Source of the DNA: an uncultured Actinomycetes bacterium
Lineage (GTDB): Bacteria; Actinomycetota; Thermoleophilia; UBA2241
Assembly: GCA_963725665.1 (NCBI GenBank)
Contig: CAVRZA010000001.1
Location: 320,001-384,000, forward strand
Direction: 5' to 3'
DNA length: 64,000 nt
The notes beneath the pieces were generated by a model. That model had not been told where the DNA came from. It did no database searches and saw only the letters and a program-made list of their open reading frames with translations. The stretch's first letter is position 1; the number at the start of each line of letters is the position of its first letter. This document shows, piece by piece, positions 9,954 to 21,257 of this stretch. The position numbers and the translations under genes were made by a program.

Positions 9954-10455
9954 CGATGCACACGTGCTGAAGCTTGTGATTGACGAGACGCGTATGCGCG
10001 AGCCGATGACTGACGAGGCACTGCCGCCCGATGTGACGGGAGGCGGAGATCAACCGAGCGGCCCCGGCGGAGCAACGCCGGATCGTTCCGGCCGTCAGAA
10101 GCGGCCTCGACATCCGGCGCGCCGTTCCCGGATCGTCGCGGTGGGGATCGGCGTCGCCGCCATGGTGGGCCTGGTGAGCAACATGGAGGTATCCGGCAGC
10201 CGGGCCCAGGCGAAGGACCCCGCCGCATCGACCACCAAGTCGTCCACACGCGCCAAGCTCGGCCTCCCACGCTCTCGGTCTGGCAAAGCCGTCGCCGTCG
10301 CGTCGCGGCGCCCGATCGTCCTGACCCCTCACGCCGTGGTGCATACGGTGGCCGCCCCGGCGGCCGGCGGGTCGGGAGGATCCGGAGGATCGGGCTACGT
10401 CGCCGCCGCCGCTCCGGCGGCCGCTCCGGCGGCGAGTACCGGTGGCAGCCGCTGA
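9946..10455 (+). CDS. Single-TM hypothetical protein with flexible Ala/Gly/Ser tail ending STGGSR (apbE operon gene 2)
   Basis: ATG overlaps the upstream stop, SD AGGAG; HPARRSR followed by a hydrophobic stretch and AQA; low-complexity C-terminus. Confidence 0.7.
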   Translation: MTDDAHVLKLVIDETRMREPMTDEALPPDVTGGGDQPSGPGGATPDRSGRQKRPRHPARRSRIVAVGIGVAAMVGLVSNMEVSGSRAQAKDPAASTTKSSTRAKLGLPRSRSGKAVAVASRRPIVLTPHAVVHTVAAPAAGGSGGSGGSGYVAAAAPAAAPAASTGGSR

Positions 10456-10463
10456 GCAGACCG

Positions 10464-11393
10464 GTGAGGGTCACCGAGTTGAAGTTCCGAGTCATGGCCA
10501 GTGACGCGCACGTGATCCTGGTCGACCCGGTGCGGGGCGCCAAGGAGCGCGCCCGGCGTCGTCTCGAGGAGCTGGAACGGCGCTGGAGCCGGTTCCTGCC
10601 CACCAGTGACATCTCGCGATTGAACACCGCGCCGGAGGCGTTGATGCTCGTGTCGTCGGACACCCTCGCTCTGCTGGTCGCGATGAAAGAGGCCTGGCGT
10701 CTGACCAGCGGCCGCTATGACCCGACGACGCTATCTGCCGTCGTCTCGGCGGGCTATTCGGCGAGTATCGACGGCTCCGGCAGACGGAGCCCGACGGTAG
10801 GGACGCCCTCTCGGGCGTGCACGGTCTGTGATGTGGCGATCGACCCAACGACATCGGCCGTCGTCGTTCCCAACGGTGTCGGCCTCGACCCGGGCGGGAT
10901 CGGCAAGGGCCTCGCCGCCGACATGGTCGTGACCGAGCTTCTCGCCGGGGGCACCGGTGGCGCCCTCGTCTGTGTCGGCGGCGATCTCGCGGCGTCGGGC
11001 ACTGCGCCTTCGGCGACGGGCTGGCTTGTCAACGTGGAGCACCCGCTCGACCGCGCCTCGAGCCTCTCGACTCTCGCTCTGGGCGCCGGTGGGATCGCCA
11101 CCTCCAGCACACTGTCGCGGGCATGGCTGCAGAACGGACGCCGGCGTCACCACGTCATCAACCCCGGCACGCACACCTGCTCGAGGACTGATCTGGCCGC
11201 GGTGACCGTCATCGCGCGGGCCGGGTGGGAGGCAGATGCGCATGCCACTGCAGCGCTCCTGTGCGGCAGGCGGCGAGTCCTCGACTACCTCGCGAGCCGC
11301 GGACTCGCCGGCCTCGCTACAGGCCTCGATGGAGTCACGGTGATGAGCCCGGGGCTGGAGGATGCAGGCGTCATCGAAGGGAGCGTGGTGTGA
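10464..11393 (+). CDS. apbE: FAD:protein FMN transferase
   Basis: WSRFLPTSDISRLN, GRYDPT, LDPGGIGKGLAAD, GGD, IATSS, HHVINPGT, ADAHATA; no obvious signal peptide. Confidence 0.93.
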   Translation: MRVTELKFRVMASDAHVILVDPVRGAKERARRRLEELERRWSRFLPTSDISRLNTAPEALMLVSSDTLALLVAMKEAWRLTSGRYDPTTLSAVVSAGYSASIDGSGRRSPTVGTPSRACTVCDVAIDPTTSAVVVPNGVGLDPGGIGKGLAADMVVTELLAGGTGGALVCVGGDLAASGTAPSATGWLVNVEHPLDRASSLSTLALGAGGIATSSTLSRAWLQNGRRRHHVINPGTHTCSRTDLAAVTVIARAGWEADAHATAALLCGRRRVLDYLASRGLAGLATGLDGVTVMSPGLEDAGVIEGSVV

Positions 11394-11983
11394 ACCCTCA
11401 GATCTGGTGGTATCTGTCGCGGGCCTCAGGGATAGTGGCCTGGCTCATGTTGACGGCCTCGGTCCTGTGGGGGATCGTGCTGGCGACGGATCTGTTTCCG
11501 CGCCGCCGCCGACCGGCCTGGCTCCTCGACCTGCATCGCTGGTTGGCCGGCCTCACAATCTTCTTTCTCGCCGGTCACCTGGGCGCCCTCCTAGCGGACC
11601 GCCATGCCCATTTCGGCGTCCTGGACGTCGTGGTGCCGTTCTCCAGCACGTGGCGACCGACGGCGATCGCCGTCGGCATCATCGCCGCATGGCTGCTCAT
11701 CGCCATCGAAGGGACCGCTCTCGCCATGAAGCGGCTGTCGAAGAAGTGGTGGCGTGACGTCCATATCGTCAGCTACTGGGTCTTCTGGGGGACGTGCGTC
11801 CACGCCGCCCTCGCGGGCACCGACACGTCGAAGCCCATCTACACCGTGACGTCGCTGGTCGCGGTGGCGATGGTCGTCTTCGCGGCCTCCTATCGCGTCC
11901 TCTCGCGCGACTTGCCGAAGCGCAGGCCTCAGCGCGGGACGGAGCGGGCACGCGGACCGTCGACTGCGGGCGACAACGCGTAG
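11390..11983 (+). CDS. Ferric reductase-like transmembrane (di-heme cytochrome b) protein
   Basis: WYLSRASG start motif; four membrane His (DLHRW, AGHLG, DVHIV, CVHAA); GTGA overlap with apbE. Confidence 0.87.
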   Translation: MNPQIWWYLSRASGIVAWLMLTASVLWGIVLATDLFPRRRRPAWLLDLHRWLAGLTIFFLAGHLGALLADRHAHFGVLDVVVPFSSTWRPTAIAVGIIAAWLLIAIEGTALAMKRLSKKWWRDVHIVSYWVFWGTCVHAALAGTDTSKPIYTVTSLVAVAMVVFAASYRVLSRDLPKRRPQRGTERARGPSTAGDNA

Positions 11984-12176
11984 CCGTAGGATGTCTGTGC
12001 GCCCCGGGCGCACGATTCGTCGTCGCGGGCTCGACATACGCGCGCTCGCCCCGCCGCTCGGGGCGGATTGGACACGCGGGTCGCATTGGTGAAACGCTGC
12101 GCTCGACGTCACGGTCGACGAACGTTTCGCCCGAGGCGTTTCCGAGGTTAGCTGTCCGACCGAGGAGACCGCTGCG

Positions 12177-13436
12177 ATGAAGACCTGCGCGCACCATGCC
12201 GTTCGTCGCCGTGTCGTAGTGGGTGTCCTTGCGGCCGTCTTCATCTTCGCGTGCGCCGCCTTCGCTCTCGGCGCCTGCGGCAAGGGCTCCGGCGGCGGTG
12301 CGACCGCGACCGCCCCCGGGTCGACAGCCGCGGCGAGCCCCTCGAACCTTCCGAGCTCCGCGGGGCCGAGCAGCTCCGCGATCTCGCGGCTGGCAGGGGC
12401 GAAGCAGCTCGTTGTCGCCGTGGCTAGCGGCGCGAAAGGCAACGGCCTCAGCGCCATCAGCTCGACGGGTCAGGTCAAGCAGGTGCTCGCCCCGAGCGGC
12501 GGCCCGTTCCGCGACCTCGCGTGGTCGCCCGACGGCAGACGCCTCGCGTACCTGCAGGCACGAAGTGGCAACGACTACGCGGCGCGGCTCTTCTGCTACA
12601 ACGCGACGACCGGCAAGGCCTCACAGGTCTCTTTCCCGAACGAAGACAATGAAGTGGCAATCGACAGCTTCACCTGGGTTGCGCCTACCGAGCTGATCGC
12701 GTCCGTGATAGCCAGCGGGCCGACCTACCGCGCTAACGGGGCGCTGTGGCTATGCGACGTCGCGAAGGGGACGAAGGAGGTCGTGAAAGACGCCGGCGGC
12801 CACGTGGTGCGTGGCGCCGGCGTCTCATCGTCCGCCGACAGCATGATGATCGCCTACGTCTTCCACGGTGCCGCGTCGGGTGGCACAGTCCCGGAGAAGC
12901 TCAGGGTCCTCGATGCGGACAACCTCGTCGTCGCGACGGTGGCGAACGACTGGCACCCGGCGACTGAGGACGGCGACGCCTTCGCCTACCCGCTGATCTC
13001 TCCCGACGGGTCGGCGATCTACACCACGCAGACGGGGAGCGACCCCGGCTTCGGCTGCACAGTCTGGGACGTTGGCGGCTCCAAGGCGATGCGCGTGACG
13101 GGCCTCATCTGGCCGGCGCCCGGCTCGTGGTCGTCCGCTGGGCGTCTCGCGTTCGGAGGCGCGTACGGCCTGGGGAACGCCAAGATGTCCGACTCGATCC
13201 AGGTCTGGCAGCGCGGCGTGGCCAAGCCGACAGCCATCCTCGTGCCTCCCGCCAAGCTCCCCATCACCTCACTCGCGTGGTCGCCTCAGGCCAAGCAGAT
13301 CGCCTACTCGGTCTCGAAGTCGAGCGGCCTGAACGGCTCACTCTGGGTGGTCAACGCGGATGGGTCGAACAGGCACCTGCTGCTTGCAAGCGGCAGCTGG
13401 CCCGCGTGGGCCATGGCGCCGATTAGATTCCCGTAG
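12177..13436 (+). CDS. Lipoprotein with TolB-like (PD40) beta-propeller
   Basis: Lipobox LGAC, Ser/Pro/Ala linker, repeats LAWSPDGRRLAY, ISPDGSAIY, LAWSPQAKQIAY, LWVVNADGSN. Confidence 0.82.
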   Translation: MKTCAHHAVRRRVVVGVLAAVFIFACAAFALGACGKGSGGGATATAPGSTAAASPSNLPSSAGPSSSAISRLAGAKQLVVAVASGAKGNGLSAISSTGQVKQVLAPSGGPFRDLAWSPDGRRLAYLQARSGNDYAARLFCYNATTGKASQVSFPNEDNEVAIDSFTWVAPTELIASVIASGPTYRANGALWLCDVAKGTKEVVKDAGGHVVRGAGVSSSADSMMIAYVFHGAASGGTVPEKLRVLDADNLVVATVANDWHPATEDGDAFAYPLISPDGSAIYTTQTGSDPGFGCTVWDVGGSKAMRVTGLIWPAPGSWSSAGRLAFGGAYGLGNAKMSDSIQVWQRGVAKPTAILVPPAKLPITSLAWSPQAKQIAYSVSKSSGLNGSLWVVNADGSNRHLLLASGSWPAWAMAPIRFP

Positions 13437-13502
13437 GGGATCACTAGCCGGCGTCATCCCAAGCCGCGGCGGAGGTCACCGCCGCCACCCGTTTCGCGGC
13501 GC

Positions 13503-14147
13503 CTACCTTAGCCGGATGGTCTCACTGAGCGTGCCGATGGGCTCCATGCTCGGCAGTGTGTAGCCGAAGGCCGAGTCCAGCGCCGCGCGCGCCGCAGCCG
13601 TGTAGAAGAGCAGCGCGCCCTGGATGCGCACGTAAAGGTGGCCGTTCCTCGAGAAGCGATGGTCGGTCATGCCCATCTCGTTCACATCGGCGAAGCGCAC
13701 CATGGGACCGCCGTTGATCGAGGCCGTCACACCCTGTGTCTTGATGTTGAAGGTCAGCTTCGTCACCGTGACCTGGGTCCAGGTGGCGGCCGGGGTGAGC
13801 TTCAGAAAGCGGATGCCGCCGGCGAAACGCACTGGTCCCCAGTAGGGCGACGTGGTGCGGAAGCTGCCGCCGGCGACCGGCGAGGTGAGCCGGACCGTGT
13901 TCGGTACCGGCTTCAGGGCAGTCGACCCGATGGGCAGCACCATGACGTTGTTGGTGAGCTGCTGGCTCGCCAGATCGCCCGCGTCCCACCTCAAGACGCC
14001 GGTGCCGTGGGGAGTGATTGCGGCAGGCAAAGCCGCCGTCGCGCTGCCCGCGGCCTCGAGCGCGACGATCAGGACGATCGCGCAGCCGAGTGCAAGGGCG
14101 ACGAGCGCGTGCGTGCGCATCGTGCTTTGTGAGAGTCTTGCCATCAT
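13503..14147 (-). CDS. Secreted hypothetical protein (possibly HtaA-like beta fold)
   Basis: Signal peptide; beta-rich body with PVAGG...GPVRFAGGIRF...TASING...AALDSAFG pattern. Confidence 0.65.
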   Translation of the reverse strand: MMARLSQSTMRTHALVALALGCAIVLIVALEAAGSATAALPAAITPHGTGVLRWDAGDLASQQLTNNVMVLPIGSTALKPVPNTVRLTSPVAGGSFRTTSPYWGPVRFAGGIRFLKLTPAATWTQVTVTKLTFNIKTQGVTASINGGPMVRFADVNEMGMTDHRFSRNGHLYVRIQGALLFYTAAARAALDSAFGYTLPSMEPIGTLSETIRLR

Positions 14148-14273
14148 GGCGTCTTCCTCCTTCGGGGAAGTGGCGCGCAGAACGTGCTCTGGCTCCGACT
14201 TACGGCTCTATACCCGATTCCTGGTCACAAGGAGATGTGTCGGTATGTCTGTCGCTCGCCGGGCGGGGATGAT

Positions 14274-15467
14274 GTGCGAGTGACCAGGGCTCTCCCAGTC
14301 CTCCTTGCCGTCGCCGCGCTCTCCCTCGCCGCGTGTGCAGGCCCCGGCGGCGGTGGCGCCACCCAAAGCGCGCCGGCGAGCCGCTCGCCGACGCCGTCGG
14401 CGAGCTCCAGCGCCGGCGCCGGCCGGTCACCGTCGACGACACCCTCGCCAACCCCGCAGCTCTCACTGCACCAGCTCGCCGGCCAGCGCGTGATCTACAG
14501 CTACCGGGGGCTCAAGCCCCCTGCTGCCCTGCTGGCCAAGATCAGGGCCGGGGAGGCGACCGGCGTCATCTTCTTCGGGAGCAATATCGCCGGCCGCTCG
14601 CAGATCCGCGCAGTGATCACGGAGCTAGAACAGGCGGCCGCGCGGAGCCCGGTGAAGGTTCCGCTGCTGCTGATGACGGACCAGGAGGGGGGTCTCGTGC
14701 GCCGCCTGCCGGGCCCCCCGCTGCTCTCTGAGAAGCAGATCGGCGCCGCGGCCGACCCCGCCGCGGAGGCACGGCGGGCCGGCCGCGGCGCCGGGCTCAA
14801 CCTGCGGAGCGTCGGCATGAACGTGAACCTGGCGCCGGTGCTCGACGTCTACCGCGCGCCAGGCGACTTCATCGATCGGTTCGGGCGCTCCTACAGCACG
14901 GACCCGCGGGTGGTCGCGCAGCTCGGAGCGGAGTTCATCACCGCGCAGCAGAGCACCGGTGTGGCCGCCACGGCCAAGCACTTCCCGGGACTCGGAGCTG
15001 CCGCGCGGGCACAGAACACCGACAAGCTCGCGGTGACCCTGCGCGTGCCGCTGGCGACCCTGCGGGTCGGAGACGAGGTGCCCTACAAGCTCGTGATCCC
15101 CGCCGGGGTACGTCTGGTCATGGTCTCGTGGGCCACGTACCCGGCGCTCGACGCGCGCCGGCCGGCAGGGCTGTCGTCCGTGGTCGTCCTGGACGAGCTG
15201 CGCGGGCGGCTCGGGTTCACGGGCGTCACGATCACCGACGGCCTCGGAGCCGGTGCACTGCGTGCCTTCGGAGGCATTCCCGATCGCGCCGTGCTTGCCG
15301 CCCACGCGGGAGCGGATCTGATGCTCTGCTCCGGCCGCAGTGTGAGCCAGGGGACCAGCGCGGCAGACGCGCTCGAGGCCGCGCTGAGCAGCGGCCGACT
15401 CGACCGGCCCGCCTTCCTGGCGTCCGTCAAGAGGGTCATGTCCCTGCGATCAAGCTTGGCGAGGTAG
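14274..15467 (+). CDS. nagZ: GH3 beta-N-acetylhexosaminidase-like lipoprotein
   Basis: Lipobox LAAC; DQEGGLVRRL, NLAPVLD, KHFPGLG, ITDGL nucleophile. Confidence 0.85.
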   Translation: MRVTRALPVLLAVAALSLAACAGPGGGGATQSAPASRSPTPSASSSAGAGRSPSTTPSPTPQLSLHQLAGQRVIYSYRGLKPPAALLAKIRAGEATGVIFFGSNIAGRSQIRAVITELEQAAARSPVKVPLLLMTDQEGGLVRRLPGPPLLSEKQIGAAADPAAEARRAGRGAGLNLRSVGMNVNLAPVLDVYRAPGDFIDRFGRSYSTDPRVVAQLGAEFITAQQSTGVAATAKHFPGLGAAARAQNTDKLAVTLRVPLATLRVGDEVPYKLVIPAGVRLVMVSWATYPALDARRPAGLSSVVVLDELRGRLGFTGVTITDGLGAGALRAFGGIPDRAVLAAHAGADLMLCSGRSVSQGTSAADALEAALSSGRLDRPAFLASVKRVMSLRSSLAR

Positions 15468-15532
15468 GCCGTCCAGACCAGGCCGCCGCGAGAGTCCACT
15501 CTGTAGAATGTGCGCGGACGAGGGGGTGCTGC

Positions 15533-17323
15533 GTGAGGGATGACGACGGCCGATCTGGCGCTCGTGGGGTCAGCGAGGCGAGGGCGGACATCGAGTCTGA
15601 GGCGAGACGTCTCTGGCACTGGTCGAAGGCCAAGGCCCCATCCCTGCCCCTCCTCGACTGGCTGCCGCACTACCGCCAGCGCTGGCTGCGGCCCGACGTC
15701 GTCGCGGCCGCGGCGGTCTGGGCCGTGCTCGTGCCCGAGGGTATGGCCTACGCCTCGCTCGCCGGCCTGCCGCCTGAGACCGGCCTCTTCGCGGCCCTGG
15801 CGCCGCTGCTCGCGTATGCAGCTCTCGGTACCTGCCGGCAGTTGACGGTCGGGCCCAGCTCGGCGATCGCCGCCTTCTCGGCGGCCGCCGTCGCGCCGCT
15901 GGCGGCCGGCGACGGCGGCCGCTTCATCGCCCTCTCGGCGCTGCTCGCCCTCATGGTCGGTGCGCTTCTCCTGGTCGCCGGCCTCACCCGGCTGGGCTTC
16001 ATCGCCGACTTCTTCGCCCGGCCGGTGCTGACCGGCTTCGTCGCCGGGCTGGCCCTCGTCATCGGCGTCGGGCAGGTCTACAAGCTGCTCGGCGTCGAGG
16101 GCGGCGGCACCTCGTTCTTCGGCAAGCTCGAGGTCCTCGCCCGGCAGCTCGGCTCGACCAGTCTACTCACGCTGGCCGTCGGGCTCGCCGCCTTGGGGGT
16201 CATCTTCGCGCTGCGGGCCTACGCGCCCAAGGTCCCCTCTGCTCTGGTCGCCGTCGTGCTGGGGATCGCGGCCGTCGCCGTCTTCGGTCTCGACAGTCAT
16301 GGCGTCCAGGTCGTGGGCGCCATCCCCGCCGGCCTGCCGACGCCCACGATCCCCAGCTTCAGCCTCGCCGACGTTACCGACATGGCGCCCGACGCTTTCG
16401 CTCTCGCCCTGATCGCGTTCGCCGAGTCCGTCGCGGGCGCGCGCGCCTTCGCGGCCAGGCACGGCTACGAGGTGAACGCCGACCAGGAGCTGGTCGCCCT
16501 CGGCGTCGCCAACCTGGGCGCCGGCCTCCTGCAAGGATTCTCAGTCGACGCCAGCCTCTCGCGCTCGGCGGTGAACGATTCGTCGGGCGTCAGGACGCAG
16601 CTCTCGGGCGTCATCCTCTTCGGCTTTCTCATCGTGACGATGCTTTTGCTCATGCCGCTGTTCCACGACCTGCCTGAGGCGGTGCTCGGGGCGATCGTCA
16701 TCGCCGCCGTCGCCCACCTGGTCGACGTCGCGGCGCTGCGCCGGCTGTGGCGGGTCGATCGCACCGACTTCCTGCTGGCGTTGCTCTGCTTCGCCGGGGT
16801 CCTGGTGTTCGGCATCCTCGTCGGCCTGCTCGTGGCGGTCGTCGTGTCACTGCTCGCGCTCGTCTTTAGGGCCTATCGTCCCAGCAGCGCCGTCCTCGGC
16901 CGTGCTCCCGGGGCGATGGACGATGAGACCTATCGCTTCCGCGGCGTGAGGGATCACCCCGAGTACGAGACCTTCCCCGGCCTGGTGATCCTGCGTGTCG
17001 AGGGAGAGCTCTTCTTCGCCAACGCACGCTGGTTTCGCGAGACGGTGCGCTCCCTGGTGCGTGGGCAGTCGCCGCCGGTGCGCGAGGTGCTCGTGCACGC
17101 CGGCGCTGTCCCGTACATCGACACCACCGCCGCGGCCACGCTGAGGGAACTGATCGCGGAGCTGTACGAGAGCGAGGTCGAGCTGCACTTCGCGCGCGTG
17201 ACCACCTCGCTGTACGAGAACCTCGAGCGCAACGGCATCCTGGAGCTCGTGGGAAGCGATCGGTTCCATGAGACCGTCCTCGCCGGCGTCGCCGACTTCC
17301 TGCGGCGCGACCGGGTCCATTGA
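15533..17323 (+). CDS. SulP-family anion transporter with STAS domain
   Basis: VLVPEGMAYASLAGLPP, GPSS, NADQELVALG, SLSRSAVN, ELFFANA, YIDTTA; start approximate. Confidence 0.92.
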   Translation: MRDDDGRSGARGVSEARADIESEARRLWHWSKAKAPSLPLLDWLPHYRQRWLRPDVVAAAAVWAVLVPEGMAYASLAGLPPETGLFAALAPLLAYAALGTCRQLTVGPSSAIAAFSAAAVAPLAAGDGGRFIALSALLALMVGALLLVAGLTRLGFIADFFARPVLTGFVAGLALVIGVGQVYKLLGVEGGGTSFFGKLEVLARQLGSTSLLTLAVGLAALGVIFALRAYAPKVPSALVAVVLGIAAVAVFGLDSHGVQVVGAIPAGLPTPTIPSFSLADVTDMAPDAFALALIAFAESVAGARAFAARHGYEVNADQELVALGVANLGAGLLQGFSVDASLSRSAVNDSSGVRTQLSGVILFGFLIVTMLLLMPLFHDLPEAVLGAIVIAAVAHLVDVAALRRLWRVDRTDFLLALLCFAGVLVFGILVGLLVAVVVSLLALVFRAYRPSSAVLGRAPGAMDDETYRFRGVRDHPEYETFPGLVILRVEGELFFANARWFRETVRSLVRGQSPPVREVLVHAGAVPYIDTTAAATLRELIAELYESEVELHFARVTTSLYENLERNGILELVGSDRFHETVLAGVADFLRRDRVH

Positions 17324-17523
17324 CGGCGCCCCGAGTGTGACGGGACGCTGACGAGGATGCCGACTCGCCGAGCACGGCGCGACACGGTGGCCATCTTCAC
17401 GAAGCGTTGTCACACGTGACGGAAAGCGGTCCATGCGGCGCCAAGCGGGAAGCATCATCGATGTAATCCAAGAGGGGACGCGGGCTCTCGGTTGGGGGAT
17501 CCCCTTGAGGGGTCTACTGCCGC

Positions 17524-18168
17524 TCATGGCCTGTTGTGCGGTTGGGCGCTGACCTCGACTCGGGTCACCCACTTCACGTTCTTGTACCCCATCCTCGTGG
17601 GGACGACGAGCCGCAGCGGACCCCCGTGAGCCGCGGGCAGAGGCGCACCGTCAAGGCTATCGGCGAGCAGGGACTCGGGCGCTAGGGCCTCCTCCAGTGT
17701 GAGACTCTTCGCGTAGCTGCCGCCGAAGGCGTGGAAGGAGACGAACTGCCCCTCGGGGCGAACCGTGACGCGGTGCAAGAGATCTTTGACGCTGACACCC
17801 TCCCAGCGAAGGTTCCGCGCGTTCCAGCCTTCCACGCAGTGCAAGTCGATGGTCTTCCGCGCGCGTGGCAAGGCGAGCCAAGCCGCGCGATCCAGTCGTA
17901 GCGGCTGAGCGACCAGACCGTCGACGGACAGCACCCAGTCGCGAGCTGCCACGGCGGGTGGACCATCCTCGATGTTCAGGACCGGGAAGTCGTGGAGCAG
18001 GGCCGGGAGGTCGGTACCCAGGCGCTTCGCGTCGCCGTTCTGCAGGCGCTGCCAGCCGATCAGACCGGCCAGAGCGGCCGCTCCCAGCAGAAGGAACGTG
18101 CGCCGGCCGAAGCGCGTCTGCCGGCCTAGACCGCGGTTGGCAACGTCATTGCCCGGTTCCTCGCCCAT
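17524..18168 (-). CDS. Molybdopterin-dependent oxidoreductase (sulfite oxidase/MsrP-YuiH family)
   Basis: GRRTFL Tat-like leader; LHCVEGW, WEGV, HGGPLRLVVP, GYKNVKWV. Confidence 0.88.
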   Translation of the reverse strand: MGEEPGNDVANRGLGRQTRFGRRTFLLLGAAALAGLIGWQRLQNGDAKRLGTDLPALLHDFPVLNIEDGPPAVAARDWVLSVDGLVAQPLRLDRAAWLALPRARKTIDLHCVEGWNARNLRWEGVSVKDLLHRVTVRPEGQFVSFHAFGGSYAKSLTLEEALAPESLLADSLDGAPLPAAHGGPLRLVVPTRMGYKNVKWVTRVEVSAQPHNRP

Positions 18169-18270
18169 ATCGCTCCTGAGTCGGCTGAGGGTCTATTCCC
18201 GAGGGGGCACCCGAGCAGCACCGTGCTGTGCGCGGTGGCCGTTGCGCAGTGCCTCGCCCTCCCTGGCCGT

Positions 18271-20439
<2,169 letters not shown>

Positions 20440-20528
20440 GATCGTCCTTTCTCTTCGGCCGGAGGCCCGATGCGGCCGGCAGCGGGTATGATTCCTCGAA
20501 CAGCGCTCGCTAATCCGAGGAGCGTCCC

Positions 20529-21257
20529 GTGGAGCACGTTATCGGCGAAGAGTTCCAGCGAGCGACATCCTACTCGCGGTCGACCCTGACTGGAGGACGT
20601 CTCGACTGGTCGCGCCAGCCGGAGGTCTTCAAGCGTTACCCCGATGCGCCCCGGGCGCCGCTGCCCCCGGCCCCGGCCGCCGGCGGGCCGGGGTTCTGGG
20701 AGGTAGTCGCGGGGCGGCGGAGCGTGCGTGAGTACGCGGAGCCGCACCTGACGCTCGACGACCTCTCCGCGCTGCTCTGGGCCGCGGCCGGGGTCAACCG
20801 TGTGGAGTACGGCCTTCCCTTCCGGACGGTGCCCTCGGCGGGGGGCCTGTACCCGATCGAGACGTACATCGCGGCACATCGCGTCGAGGGTCTGGAGCCC
20901 GGTATCTACCACTACGCCGTGCTCGAGCGCGTCCTCGAACGGCTGCGCGCCGGCGACTTCAGGCACGCCGCCGCGGCGGCCGCGCTCGACCAGCCGATCG
21001 TCTTCGATGGCGATGTCGTCTTCGTCTGGAGCGCCGTCTTTGGCCGCTCGATATGGAAGTACGGCCAGCGCGCCTTCCGTTACGTGTACCTCGATGCGGG
21101 GCACATCGCCCACAGCGTCGCACTCGCCGCGGTGGCCCTTGGGCTCGGCAGTTGCCAGGTCGCGGCGCTGTTCGACGACGAGGCCAACGAGCTCATCGGG
21201 CTCGACGGCGAGGAGGAGAGCGTCATCTACCTGACCACCGTCGGGAGGCCGGCGTGA
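20529..21257 (+). CDS. SagB/ThcOx-family nitroreductase-like dehydrogenase
   Basis: [38 protein letters not shown]. Confidence 0.9.
   Translation: MEHVIGEEFQRATSYSRSTLTGGRLDWSRQPEVFKRYPDAPRAPLPPAPAAGGPGFWEVVAGRRSVREYAEPHLTLDDLSALLWAAAGVNRVEYGLPFRTVPSAGGLYPIETYIAAHRVEGLEPGIYHYAVLERVLERLRAGDFRHAAAAAALDQPIVFDGDVVFVWSAVFGRSIWKYGQRAFRYVYLDAGHIAHSVALAAVALGLGSCQVAALFDDEANELIGLDGEEESVIYLTTVGRPA

Noticed and set aside
17405-17422. GTCAC-AC-GTGAC palindrome
   Set aside because: Short and located between convergent genes, so there is no promoter to regulate.
20529-21257. SagB-like dehydrogenase as the core of a RiPP (azole) cluster
   Set aside because: No YcaO/cyclodehydratase or precursor peptide nearby; stand-alone SagB-type nitroreductases are common.
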